Assembly: GCA_963845185.1 (NCBI GenBank)
Contig: CAWJRG010000009.1
Span: forward strand, 673,782 to 737,781
Direction: 5' to 3'
Source: an uncultured bacterium
GTDB lineage: Bacteria > Oederibacteriota > PGYV01 > CAWJRG01
DNA length: 64,000 bases
How positions within the stretch are numbered: position 1 is the stretch's first letter; each line of letters opens with the position of its first letter. Under the pieces are notes generated by a model. It saw nothing but the letters and a program-made list of their open reading frames with translations. It had not been told where the DNA came from and made no database searches. Positions 48,617 to 58,978 of this stretch are shown piece after piece. Made by a program: the position numbers and the translations under genes.

Positions 48617-49722
48617 AAATTAAAATAATGATGATTATTTTTATAACAAGTTTTTATGCCACAGCTGTACTGCGGGCAGACTGGCTTATGTATAAGAAAG
48701 ACATTTCCAGAAATGCGGTTATTGAGGACAAGACCCTTGATTTTAAAGGTTTTAAGGAAATCTGGCGTTTTAAGACAGCAGGAGGTGTGTATGCGACGCC
48801 ATTGGTATATAAAAACAAACTGCTGTTTGGCTCGCAAAACAATATATTTTACTGTCTTGACAGAAAGGCAGGCACTCTGATATGGCAAAGAAAATTTGGA
48901 AGTTTTATTTATGGTTCATCAGCCGCTTTATACGAACCCAAAGACATGGTACTGGTCGGCTCTGTTGACAAAAATCTTTACGCGCTTAGCGCTGGCACAG
49001 GCAAAATTCTTTGGAAATTTGAAACGGGCGATTATGTTTTTGCATCAGTGCTGGTATGTGGGAAAGCTGTATATTTCGGTTCGGACGACAGGTTTGTTTA
49101 TAAGTTATACGCCGATGACGGCAAGCTAATCTGGAAAACGAAATTAAACGACAAAATACACGACAATTCATTTGCCATGCAGGATAATTTGCTTGTGACA
49201 GGTGATTTTTCAGGAATAATTTACGGGATAGATTCCGACAACGGTACTATACTATGGAGTTACAAAACAGGCGCGAAGATGAACACAACACCGCTTATTT
49301 ATAACGGCCAGATATTCGCAGGCTCAGAAGATAAAAATTTATACGCCATGGATAGAGGCGGTAAACTGAAATGGAAATACAAAACAGACAGTTTTGTCAT
49401 GTCCCCGCCTTCGGCAGCTGGCAATCTGATATATTTCGGCGCCGGCAACGGCGAGGTTTTTTGCGTGGATATGCAAGGCAATAAAAAATGGAGCTCCAAT
49501 ATAATGCATGATTATATTTTTTCATGCCCCCTTATAGTAAATGACAGGGTAATTTTTACTTCATACAGCGACAGCATTTATGTTTTCAACCGCATGACAG
49601 GAGAGCTTCTTTTTTCCTACAAGCTGGACGGTGATATATACGCGTCGCCCTATATTGACCGCGGATTTTTATTCATAGGCACCAGGTCGGACACGATGTT
49701 CTGCCTGGAACTTACGAGGTAA
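48613..49722 (+). CDS. PQQ-like beta-propeller repeat protein (BamB-like).
   Basis: Signal peptide and repeated G.LIWK..TGD units. Confidence 0.6.
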   Translation: MKIKIMMIIFITSFYATAVLRADWLMYKKDISRNAVIEDKTLDFKGFKEIWRFKTAGGVYATPLVYKNKLLFGSQNNIFYCLDRKAGTLIWQRKFGSFIYGSSAALYEPKDMVLVGSVDKNLYALSAGTGKILWKFETGDYVFASVLVCGKAVYFGSDDRFVYKLYADDGKLIWKTKLNDKIHDNSFAMQDNLLVTGDFSGIIYGIDSDNGTILWSYKTGAKMNTTPLIYNGQIFAGSEDKNLYAMDRGGKLKWKYKTDSFVMSPPSAAGNLIYFGAGNGEVFCVDMQGNKKWSSNIMHDYIFSCPLIVNDRVIFTSYSDSIYVFNRMTGELLFSYKLDGDIYASPYIDRGFLFIGTRSDTMFCLELTR

Positions 49723-49726
49723 AAGA

Positions 49727-52700
49727 ATGATTTCAAAATTTGTGCATTTGCACCTTCACACAAAATACAGCTTACTGGACGGCATGTGTAAATTTGATGG
49801 CATTATAGAAAATGCGAAAAAATATGACATGAACGCGGTGGCGATAACCGACCACGGGAACATGTACGGTGTCATTGATTTTTACGACGAGATGGTAAAG
49901 GCCGGCATAAAGCCTATGATTGGCTTGGAAACCTATGTGGTAAACGACATAAAAAAAGATATAAGCGAAAAAGTCAGGGAAAAAAATCACCTGGTGCTGC
50001 TTGTAAAAAATACCGAAGGTTACAAGAACTTGATTAAATTGTCCACTTATGCTTTCACACAGGGGTTTTATTACAAACCAACAATAGATAAAAATATCCT
50101 TCGAGAGCATTCATCAGGGCTTATCGCGATTTCCGCATGCATACACGGCGAAATCGCTGCTAAAATAATCAATAATGACGAGGCAGGGGCCTTTAACGCA
50201 GCTACCGAATACCTTTCTATATTCGGTGAGGGAAATTTCTTTTTGGAGTCGCAATATCACGGGCTCGAGGAAGAAATTGTGATGAACAGGGGATTAAAGG
50301 AGCTCAGCCAGAAGACATCCATACCCATAGTCGCCACCAATGACGTGCATTACCTAAAAAAAGAAGACGCTAAGGCTCATGATATCCTTTTATGCATTCA
50401 GACCGGACAGACCATGAAAGCAGAAGACAGGATGCGTTTTGCGACAAACGAGTTTTATTTTAAAAATTACGATGAAATGAAGCAGGCGCTGCCAGAGCAA
50501 GTGGATGCCATAGAAAGGACAGTTGAGGTTGCAAACAAATGCACTTTTGAACTGTCGCTTAACAAGAACAAATATTTTATGCCTTCTTATAAAATCAATG
50601 AAAATATTAAGGACCTTGACGAATATCTTGCGGAAACCGCGAGAACAGCGCTTAATAAAAAATACAAAAAAGTTGACGATAATTATGCACAACGTCTGGA
50701 ACATGAGCTTGGAATAATAAAAAAAATGGAATATTCTGGTTATTTCCTGATTGTTTACGACATAGTCAATTACGCCAAGGAAAACAATATCCCCGTCGGG
50801 CCGGGCAGGGGAAGTGCGGCAGGAAGCCTGGTTGCCTATGTCCTGGGAATAACCGACATTGACCCGCTGAAATACGACCTGCTCTTTGAGAGGTTTTTAA
50901 ATCCCGACAGGGTATCGCCGCCTGATATAGACATTGATTTTTCAGATGAGGAAAGAGACAAGATAATAAGCTACATAGTCAATAAGTTTGGCAAAGACAG
51001 GGTTGCCCAGATAATAACCTTTCAGACTTTGGGTGCGCGCCAGGCAATAAGGGATGTAGGCAGGGTGCTTGAGATACCGCTTAAGGCGGTGGACGAGCTG
51101 GCAAAAAAGGTACCTGAAGGCATAAACGTTTCCCTGGCCGACGCACTTAAGGACGAGGGTTTCGTGACATTTGTAAACCAGGATACTGCAAGGCAGGAAA
51201 TAGTAAACAACGCGCTGAAAATAGAGGGCCTGTTGCGACAGGATTCGACGCATGCCGCGGGTGTCGTGATAGCGCCTGAGGATCTTATCAATTATGTGCC
51301 GCTGGCTGTCCCGAAAGACAAGGATAAAGACGACAAAATCTCGGATTTAAATTATATGACCCAGTATGAAATGGCAACCCTGGAAAAAATCGGGCTTTTA
51401 AAATTCGACATACTTGGATTAAGAAACCTTTCTGTAATAAAAAAGACGCTTGAAATGATAAAGGAAAACACCGGCAAGGAAATCAAAATTCCGGACGATG
51501 ATTTTTCAAACCAGGAAGTTTACAAATTACTGTCCGAAGGCAACACTGCAGGCGTATTCCAGCTGGAAAGTTCTGGCATGCGCGATTTACTTGTGAAAAT
51601 AAAACCAACTGCTTTTGAGGAAATAATCGCAATAAATTCTCTTTTTAGGCCTGGGCCAATGAAAATGATTGACGATTACATAAGAAGGAAAAAAGGCATT
51701 GAAAAAATTAAATACGATATGCCACAGCTTGAAGAGATATTAAAAACTACATACGGAATCCCGATTTACCAGGAACAGGTAATGCAGATAGCAGTAAAAG
51801 TGGCCGGGTTTACCCTGTCGGAAGCTGATAATTTAAGAAGGGCAATGTCAAAGAAGAAAGCTGATGTAATGGAAACCATCGGCGAAGCATTTATTAAAGG
51901 CGCGGTTAAAAACAATATCGACAAGGACGCGGCTGAAAACCTGTTTTTAAAGCTTGACCAGTTCAGCCAGTATGGCTTTAACAAATCACATGCTGCGGCT
52001 TACGCCGTGCTTGCCTACCAGACAGCTTATTTAAAGACTTTATATCCTGTCGAATACATGGCCGCGCTTTTGACAAGTGTCATGGACAAGCAGGAAAAAA
52101 TGACGTTTTACATACAGGACTGCGCAAAAAACAACATAAAGGTCCTGCCACCGGATATAAATAAAAGCGGCGTTGATTTTAAGGTGGAAATGAATACAAT
52201 AAGGTTCGGTCTTGCCGCAGTAAAAAACGTTGGCCTTCTCGCGGCCAGGGATATAGTCGCAAAGCGCTGGGAAAAAGGTGATTATACGGCAATATTTGAT
52301 TTCTGCCAGAAAGTTAATTTAAGGATTGTGAATTCAAAAACGATTGAAAGTCTGGTAAAGGCCGGCGCTTTTGACTGTACGCTTTCAAAAAGGGCGCAGG
52401 TATTTGAAGGCATTGAAAAAGCCATGAAAACTGCTGAATCCCTGCAAAAGAATGCCGCGTCAGGCCAGGAGAACCTGTTTGAAGTAAAGGAGGACGAAAG
52501 CCTGTCTGATATACCGGAGTGGGCTGAAAGCCGTTTATTAACGTTTGAAAAAGAAGTACTGGGAATTTACATTTCTTCGCATCCGCTTGCCAAATATGAA
52601 AAACTGCTGAAATATGTTGCAATGAATATAAAGAATTTGAAGGAAAACAGGCCGAAAAATTCCGATGTTGTCTTTATTGGTGGGGTTGTGCATGATTTGG

Positions 52701-53170
52701 CGAAAAAGATAAACCAAAAAGGCGAAGAAAAGATGCATTTTTTCATAGAAGATTTGACGGATAAAATAAAAGTAATAGCCAGCGAGAAATTGACTAGGGA
52801 AAAGAAAGATATTTTCGGGGACTCTATAATGTTTATGATAAGGGGCAAAATGAGTTTTTATGACGAAGATGACCCTGTTGTATACGCGGATGGCATAATA
52901 AAACTGAATGAAGCTTACGGGATGCTGGGTAAATTTGTTCATATTAACCTGCTCGAAACCGGGAATGAAGAAATAATTATTAATGAAATAAAGGCCATAA
53001 TTAGCCGGAATAAAGGCGAGGCAAAAATTATATTGCATTTGTTGACCGCCGACAACAAGGATTACACAGTAAAGCTGGCTGATAACAGCGGAGTGAAAGT
53101 GAACGAAGAATTGTTGCAACAGCTTGGTAACATTGTGGGCGAAGAGAATATTAGGCTGTCATGGAAATGA
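49727..53170 (+). CDS. dnaE: DNA polymerase III alpha subunit.
   Basis: PHP domain reads HLHTKYSLLDG. 1147 aa. The polymerase core reads GLLKFDILGLRNL. Confidence 0.9.
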   Translation: MISKFVHLHLHTKYSLLDGMCKFDGIIENAKKYDMNAVAITDHGNMYGVIDFYDEMVKAGIKPMIGLETYVVNDIKKDISEKVREKNHLVLLVKNTEGYKNLIKLSTYAFTQGFYYKPTIDKNILREHSSGLIAISACIHGEIAAKIINNDEAGAFNAATEYLSIFGEGNFFLESQYHGLEEEIVMNRGLKELSQKTSIPIVATNDVHYLKKEDAKAHDILLCIQTGQTMKAEDRMRFATNEFYFKNYDEMKQALPEQVDAIERTVEVANKCTFELSLNKNKYFMPSYKINENIKDLDEYLAETARTALNKKYKKVDDNYAQRLEHELGIIKKMEYSGYFLIVYDIVNYAKENNIPVGPGRGSAAGSLVAYVLGITDIDPLKYDLLFERFLNPDRVSPPDIDIDFSDEERDKIISYIVNKFGKDRVAQIITFQTLGARQAIRDVGRVLEIPLKAVDELAKKVPEGINVSLADALKDEGFVTFVNQDTARQEIVNNALKIEGLLRQDSTHAAGVVIAPEDLINYVPLAVPKDKDKDDKISDLNYMTQYEMATLEKIGLLKFDILGLRNLSVIKKTLEMIKENTGKEIKIPDDDFSNQEVYKLLSEGNTAGVFQLESSGMRDLLVKIKPTAFEEIIAINSLFRPGPMKMIDDYIRRKKGIEKIKYDMPQLEEILKTTYGIPIYQEQVMQIAVKVAGFTLSEADNLRRAMSKKKADVMETIGEAFIKGAVKNNIDKDAAENLFLKLDQFSQYGFNKSHAAAYAVLAYQTAYLKTLYPVEYMAALLTSVMDKQEKMTFYIQDCAKNNIKVLPPDINKSGVDFKVEMNTIRFGLAAVKNVGLLAARDIVAKRWEKGDYTAIFDFCQKVNLRIVNSKTIESLVKAGAFDCTLSKRAQVFEGIEKAMKTAESLQKNAASGQENLFEVKEDESLSDIPEWAESRLLTFEKEVLGIYISSHPLAKYEKLLKYVAMNIKNLKENRPKNSDVVFIGGVVHDLAKKINQKGEEKMHFFIEDLTDKIKVIASEKLTREKKDIFGDSIMFMIRGKMSFYDEDDPVVYADGIIKLNEAYGMLGKFVHINLLETGNEEIIINEIKAIISRNKGEAKIILHLLTADNKDYTVKLADNSGVKVNEELLQQLGNIVGEENIRLSWK

Positions 53171-53185
53171 TGAAAGGTGGTTGTT

Positions 53186-53404
53186 ATGAATCCTGAAGCA
53201 ATTGGCAAATTATTAATAATTACTGGGCTTGTGCTTGTTGTTATAGGTGCACTTTTTATTTTTACAAAATTTATTCCCATGGGCAGGTTGCCTGGGGATA
53301 TTTATATCAAAAAAGACAATTTTTCTTTTTATTTTCCTTTGGCTACGTCAATAATCATAAGTATAATATTGACCTTAATTTCCTTTTTTCTCGGAAAGAA
53401 ATGA
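53186..53404 (+). CDS. DUF2905-family small membrane protein.
   Basis: Contains GRLPGDIYIKKDNFSFYFP. Confidence 0.55.
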   Translation: MNPEAIGKLLIITGLVLVVIGALFIFTKFIPMGRLPGDIYIKKDNFSFYFPLATSIIISIILTLISFFLGKK

Positions 53405-53408
53405 CAGG

Positions 53409-54587
53409 ATGAAAACCAAGCTGCTTTCTTTCATCCTGGCTGTTTTTCTTTTTCCTTCCTGCGTATCATTGAAGGAACACGCAAAAGTTTCCAGCAAAGA
53501 AATACAAATACAAAAAGAGGAATTAAACCAGGAAGTTGTTGAAAAAAAGATAATACTGAAAGTTTTGATAGCGAAAAAGTCAAACGATGCCGTGTTTGAA
53601 TCAGACAGCGGAATCAAAATAAAAGATAACGCCATGGAACTTTCTAAAAAGTACACAGTATCACTTGAAAAAGGGAATATTTATGTTAACGGCAACAAAG
53701 CAGAGGGTGATAGGCTGTTTTTTCAAGCAAAAGACAATTTGATAAAATTCGGTAAAAACAGGTATAGGGGCAGCTTCATGATAAAAAATATGGGCGATGA
53801 AATGCTTGTAATTAATCTCGTCGAGCTTGAAAAATATTTGTACGGCGTCCTGCCGTCAGAAATATCGTCAAAATGGGACATTGAAGCATTAAAAGCCCAG
53901 GCGGTTGCGGCAAGAAGTTTCGCCATATATCAGAAAATTAACTCCAAATATCCGGATTATGACCTGGATTCAACCGTATTATCCCAGGTTTACAAAGGTT
54001 ATGACGTGGAAAAAGAAACCGCAAATAAGGCCATTGAAAGCACTTATGGGGAAGTCCTAACTTATGAAAACAAGGTAATACAGGCATTTTTTCACTCAAA
54101 CAGCGGTGGCAGGACCGAGTCATCCGAAGAAGCATGGGGCGGAAATTTGGATTATCTTAAAAGCGTTGACGACCCTTTCTGCATTAGCCAGCCACACTAC
54201 AAATGGACTCTTGTGCTTGATAAAACAAAAGTCTATGATGTGCTGCGCAAAAACAGCATAAACCCCGGTGAAATTTATGATATATCGCCCAATGAAAGGA
54301 CTGAAAGCAACAGGATAAAGTCTTTACGGATTTCCGGGAGCAATGGGTCATTTACGGTAAAAGCAAAGGATTTCAGGGCTTATTTTGGCGTGGATGCAAT
54401 TAAAAGCACAAATTTTGACCTAGAGCAGAGAAACGATAAGTTTTATTTTAGGGGATTTGGCTGGGGGCACGGGGTAGGGCTGTCGCAGGAAGGCGCGGAC
54501 GGCATGGCTGATAAGGGGTTTTCATACTCAGATATACTGAAACATTTTTATACAGGCGTGAAAATAATGAAGATAGAAATCAAATGA
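53409..54587 (+). CDS. SpoIID/LytB-domain protein.
   Basis: Reads AQAVAARSFAIY and HSNSGGRTES. Confidence 0.75.
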   Translation: MKTKLLSFILAVFLFPSCVSLKEHAKVSSKEIQIQKEELNQEVVEKKIILKVLIAKKSNDAVFESDSGIKIKDNAMELSKKYTVSLEKGNIYVNGNKAEGDRLFFQAKDNLIKFGKNRYRGSFMIKNMGDEMLVINLVELEKYLYGVLPSEISSKWDIEALKAQAVAARSFAIYQKINSKYPDYDLDSTVLSQVYKGYDVEKETANKAIESTYGEVLTYENKVIQAFFHSNSGGRTESSEEAWGGNLDYLKSVDDPFCISQPHYKWTLVLDKTKVYDVLRKNSINPGEIYDISPNERTESNRIKSLRISGSNGSFTVKAKDFRAYFGVDAIKSTNFDLEQRNDKFYFRGFGWGHGVGLSQEGADGMADKGFSYSDILKHFYTGVKIMKIEIK

Positions 54588-54637
54588 AAAGATTTTTAAC
54601 AAGTTTGGATAAGATTAGGCTATAAGCTGAGGTTATT

Positions 54638-55681
54638 ATGAATTCTTTAAGAAACATCCTTTTAGTAGTTATAACGGTAATTTTATGGCTTGTGTTTGGT
54701 TTCATAATTGCAAATAAAATGAATGAAAACAATTCATTCGAAAACAAGCTTGAAGCTATGATGCCAAAAGATAAAGACAATTTTGACTTTTCCCAGACAA
54801 TTTTCAACATAACAAAAATGATTGATAGCGATGCAGATGCGGAATGGTGCAAAAGAGAACTGGCGTCGCTTACTCATGAATTAAGACTTTCACTAGGTGA
54901 TGAAGGCAATCCCGAAGAAAAAGTTAAAATTATAAATAATTTTATGTTTAAGGAAAAAGGCTTCGGTTACAGTGAACGAGCAAAAGAATATTTTGCAGGA
55001 AAAATCCCGGATAATCAATTATCCAATGAAGAATACAGGGATTTTTTTACGATATCAGCTCTCCTTAAAACAAGAAAAGGCGTATGCCTGAACCTGTCCA
55101 TACTTTATCTGATGCTCGCCGAGCAGCTCAAACTTCCTATTTACGGTTCTATTTTACCAGGACACATATTTGTTAGGTATATTGAAGACGGCAGAAGCAG
55201 GATAAATATAGACCCAGCCGGAAGCGGCCTTGAGTATTATCATTATGACGATTCTTTTAAAATAGACCTAGATGATAAAAATGACAGCATTTACGGACAA
55301 AAAGTGGGCAATTATAATGTCGTAGGGGCATATTTGTATAACCTTGCCATAATATGCGAAAGAATGTGTAAAAGGGGCAAGGCTGAAATATTGTTTAAAA
55401 AAGCAGCTGAAATAAACCCAAACGATGCCAATACCCATTATGCCTTAGCCGAATACCTTTTTAATGACAAAAAGTACTCTGATGCTGAAAGGCAGTATAG
55501 GGAATCCATCAGGCTTTATCCGAATAATTCTAATGCTCACAGTGCCCTTGCAGTGGCCTGTTTTTTGCAGGCTGAGTATTATGACGCTGAAAAAGAAATC
55601 AATGAAGCCTTAAGATTAAATCCCAATAATGAGTATGCCAAGCAATGGCTGGAAAAAATACAAAAGTTAAGGAAACAATAA
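54638..55681 (+). CDS. Transglutaminase-like cysteine-peptidase domain protein with C-terminal TPR repeats.
   Basis: Reads GVCLNLSILYLMLAEQLKLPIYGSILPGHIFVRY. TPR repeats at the C-terminus. Confidence 0.55.
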   Translation: MNSLRNILLVVITVILWLVFGFIIANKMNENNSFENKLEAMMPKDKDNFDFSQTIFNITKMIDSDADAEWCKRELASLTHELRLSLGDEGNPEEKVKIINNFMFKEKGFGYSERAKEYFAGKIPDNQLSNEEYRDFFTISALLKTRKGVCLNLSILYLMLAEQLKLPIYGSILPGHIFVRYIEDGRSRINIDPAGSGLEYYHYDDSFKIDLDDKNDSIYGQKVGNYNVVGAYLYNLAIICERMCKRGKAEILFKKAAEINPNDANTHYALAEYLFNDKKYSDAERQYRESIRLYPNNSNAHSALAVACFLQAEYYDAEKEINEALRLNPNNEYAKQWLEKIQKLRKQ

Positions 55682-55772
55682 ACAAAGTGCATTATTTCAT
55701 TCTTGACAACACGGTTTTACTGGGATAAAATAATCAGGATTTTAGGCAGGAAAATAAAAGTAGGAGGATTTT

Positions 55773-56495
55773 ATGAGAATTAGATTGTTTCATTTTATCT
55801 TTTTAATAGGATTTTTTCTTATGAATAATCATATTTTTTGCCAGCAAAACGTAGATAACGGCAACGAATCCGGTAATCAGGCATCTTTTTCGGATAACAA
55901 TAAAATACCGGATCAGGACGATGCATATTTTTTTACACCGACGGTTGTTGTTACACCCATATATTCTTTGACCCCGCAGGAAAAGAAAGTTTGGGCATTA
56001 TTATCCAGCACAAAAAGTTACATTGACAGAATAAATCTTGATACTAAAAGGTATGAGAAATTTCTTAGAGAAAACCTTGATAAAAATTTGATGGATTTAG
56101 GTAAAGTAATAAGTACAATACACACTGCAGCTTCGATATACGAAAGGGATAAAGTAGAATACGTGTGGTCTGAAACCATAAAGGATCCCGTACGTAATTT
56201 GCAAATAGTAAAAGAATATGTAAACGAATTCAATGAAGATTTTAAAACAATGGGGAAAAATCAAAAAAAAGTTAAACGCATTATAAAAAAAGAATCCAAA
56301 GGCATCCAGAAAATAGATGAAGTCAAGAAGGCTTATAATGATAATAATGAAGACATAAAGGAAATTCATAAAAAAATAATCTATTTTGAAAATCTTTACA
56401 ACAATTATGAAATACTTTATGCGAAGAAAGTAAAGGAAAAAGAAGCGAAAATTAACAAGTTAATAACCGACAATAAGGAACTGCATAAACCCTAA
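55773..56495 (+). CDS. Secreted coiled-coil protein.
   Basis: Signal peptide followed by a K/E-rich helical region. Confidence 0.35.
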   Translation: MRIRLFHFIFLIGFFLMNNHIFCQQNVDNGNESGNQASFSDNNKIPDQDDAYFFTPTVVVTPIYSLTPQEKKVWALLSSTKSYIDRINLDTKRYEKFLRENLDKNLMDLGKVISTIHTAASIYERDKVEYVWSETIKDPVRNLQIVKEYVNEFNEDFKTMGKNQKKVKRIIKKESKGIQKIDEVKKAYNDNNEDIKEIHKKIIYFENLYNNYEILYAKKVKEKEAKINKLITDNKELHKP

Positions 56496-56515
56496 GTTTT
56501 GAAAAACCCAATAAT

Positions 56516-57658
56516 ATGAACAATAAATTAAAGGGCGCGACCCGGTTTACAAAATTATTTCTTCGTATGCAATATAAAAATAGAAAAACAATTGGCTTTG
56601 GTGGATTATTTAAGAATACAATATGTTTTCTATTCAATAAAAAAGCTCTGATATCAAATTCTTTTGGAGACCTAGAAAATAATATAAATTACAACCATTT
56701 TGAATATACTATAAAAAATTTTATAAAAAGGAATAATTTTCATCCTGAAGTTATTGTATGTGACAAACACCCTGATTTTTTATCCGGAATTTACGCAGAA
56801 AAATTTGGCATAGCAAATAAAATCCCAATTTATAAAATCCAACACCATTATGCACATTTATTGTCTGTTTTGGCCGAAAATAATTTTTATAAAAAAACTA
56901 TTGGTGTTTTATTTGATGGGACGGGGTACGGCGACGACGGCAATATATGGGGTGGTGAATTCATAGTTGGAAATCATTCTAATTATATAAGGGCAGCACA
57001 TCTCAAATATAGGAAATTACCTGGTGGTGATGCGGCAAGCAGGGAAGGGTACCGTATGGCAATCAGCTTACTTAATGAATTTCTGTCTAAAAAAAATATT
57101 CTTAGAATGTATAAACGAATAAACGCGGAATTAATCATGCAAATGCTGGATAAAAACATTAATACTCCGTTGACATCTAGTGCGGGCAGGATTTTTGATG
57201 CAGTCGCTTCCATCATAGGCATATGCGATATTTCAACCTACGAAGCAGAAGCAGCAATAAAGCTTCAGGCGTCAGCTCAATCATTAAAAGGTAGGGAAAT
57301 TAAGGCATATTCTTTTAAAATCAAAAAAACTGTTAACGGCATCTATGAAGCTGATATAATACCTGCAATAAAGGAAATATTGGAGGATAAAAACAAAAAA
57401 TCAAAAGCGTATATAGCGATGGCATTTCATAAAACACTGGCTTGTCTGATATGTGATACCGTTAAAATATTAGCAAAAAAACATAAAGTATTAAATATCG
57501 CCTTAAGTGGAGGCGTGTTTCAAAACAGCATACTTTTAAATGAAACTATTAATTTATTGAAAAAAAATAGATTTAATGTTTTAATGCATAACAAATTATC
57601 ACCTGGTGATGCTTCAATATCATTGGGCCAGGCGGTATATGGTGCAATAAAAGGCTAA
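56516..57658 (+). CDS. hypF: HypF C-terminal (Kae1/carbamoyltransferase-like) domain only. The acylphosphatase, zinc-finger and YrdC domains are missing.
   Basis: Reads QHHYAHLLSVLAE and GVLFDGTGYGDDGNIWGGEF. 380 aa, against about 750 aa for canonical HypF. Confidence 0.6.
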   Translation: MNNKLKGATRFTKLFLRMQYKNRKTIGFGGLFKNTICFLFNKKALISNSFGDLENNINYNHFEYTIKNFIKRNNFHPEVIVCDKHPDFLSGIYAEKFGIANKIPIYKIQHHYAHLLSVLAENNFYKKTIGVLFDGTGYGDDGNIWGGEFIVGNHSNYIRAAHLKYRKLPGGDAASREGYRMAISLLNEFLSKKNILRMYKRINAELIMQMLDKNINTPLTSSAGRIFDAVASIIGICDISTYEAEAAIKLQASAQSLKGREIKAYSFKIKKTVNGIYEADIIPAIKEILEDKNKKSKAYIAMAFHKTLACLICDTVKILAKKHKVLNIALSGGVFQNSILLNETINLLKKNRFNVLMHNKLSPGDASISLGQAVYGAIKG

Positions 57659-57671
57659 GAAGGAGAATTTT

Positions 57672-57896
57672 ATGTGTCTTGCAGTTCCCGGGAAAATATT
57701 AAAAGTAGATAACGAATTTGCAAAAGTAAGTTTTCAGGGCATAATAAAAAAAATAAATATCCAGCTTGTACCTGATATAAAAAGAGGGGAATATTGCCTT
57801 GTACACGCGGGTTTTGCCATCGAGAAAATAGACAAGGAATACGCAAAAGAAGCGCAGGGTTATCTCGAGGAATTATATGGCAAAAACAAAGAGTAA
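57672..57896 (+). CDS. hypC: Hydrogenase maturation chaperone HypC/HupF.
   Basis: N-terminus reads MCLAVPGKILKV. Confidence 0.85.
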   Translation: MCLAVPGKILKVDNEFAKVSFQGIIKKINIQLVPDIKRGEYCLVHAGFAIEKIDKEYAKEAQGYLEELYGKNKE

Positions 57897-58962
57897 AATA
57901 ACAATAAAAAATTTTCTTGCAGCCGTCCATTCAGAAGCTGCTGGTTTAAAAAGAAAAATAAATATCATGGAAGTATGCGGCACTCATACCATGGCAATAT
58001 CAAGATATGGTATTAGGCAACTTTTACCTTATAAAATAAACCTGATATCGGGACCAGGCTGCCCTGTTTGTGTCACTCCTATTGAAGAAGTTGACAAAGC
58101 AATAGAACTGGCTGGAATAAAAAATGTAATAACGGCTACTTTTGGCGATATGATGCGGGTTCCGGGCACGAAAACAACGCTTGCAAGGGAAAAATCCAAA
58201 GGTAGAGATATACGTATTGTATATTCAGCCTTCGATGCCCTTGCTTTGGCAGAAAAAAATAAAGAAAAAAATGTTGTTTTTCTTGGAATTGGATTCGAAA
58301 CAACATCGCCTACCGTGGCTCTGACAGTAAAAGAAGCAGCTAGAAGGAAGTTAAAAAATTTTTTTATATTACCGGAATTTAAAACTGTAATACCCCCGAT
58401 GGAAGCATTACTTTTGGATAAGAATATTAAACTGGATGGATTTATAGCACCAGGCCATGTAAGCGCAATAATAGGCGCGAAACCTTATGAATATTTGACC
58501 AATAAATATAAAATTCCCTGTGTAATAACCGGTTTTGAAGCCGAGGATATAATGCAGTCTATATTAATGCTTATCATGCAGGTAAAAAACAAGGAGGGAA
58601 AAGTAGAAATACAATATAAACGCATAGTCCGTTATGAAGGGAATAAAGAGGCTTTGAATATTATGGATGAAATATACCTAATAAACGATTCAAACTGGCG
58701 AGGGATAGGTATCATTCCTTTAAGCGGAATGATATTGAACAATAGCTACAATGGTTTTAATGCTGTTCACAAATTTCATCTTGTAAAAGCTGCTTATTCC
58801 AAGGAACCAGCTGGTTGCAGGTGTGGAGATGTATTAAAGGGTATAGTAATACCAAAAGGATGCCAGTTATTTTCAAGAAAATGTACGCCTGAAAATCCTG
58901 TTGGAGCCTGTATGGTTTCATCGGAAGGCACTTGTGCGGCTTATTATAAATACGAAACATAG
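57877..58962 (+). CDS. hypD: Hydrogenase maturation protein HypD.
   Basis: Motifs CGTHT and GPGCPVCVTP, with C-terminal Cys motifs. Confidence 0.85.
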   Translation: MAKTKSKITIKNFLAAVHSEAAGLKRKINIMEVCGTHTMAISRYGIRQLLPYKINLISGPGCPVCVTPIEEVDKAIELAGIKNVITATFGDMMRVPGTKTTLAREKSKGRDIRIVYSAFDALALAEKNKEKNVVFLGIGFETTSPTVALTVKEAARRKLKNFFILPEFKTVIPPMEALLLDKNIKLDGFIAPGHVSAIIGAKPYEYLTNKYKIPCVITGFEAEDIMQSILMLIMQVKNKEGKVEIQYKRIVRYEGNKEALNIMDEIYLINDSNWRGIGIIPLSGMILNNSYNGFNAVHKFHLVKAAYSKEPAGCRCGDVLKGIVIPKGCQLFSRKCTPENPVGACMVSSEGTCAAYYKYET

Positions 58963-58978
58963 GGAGAATAATATAAAA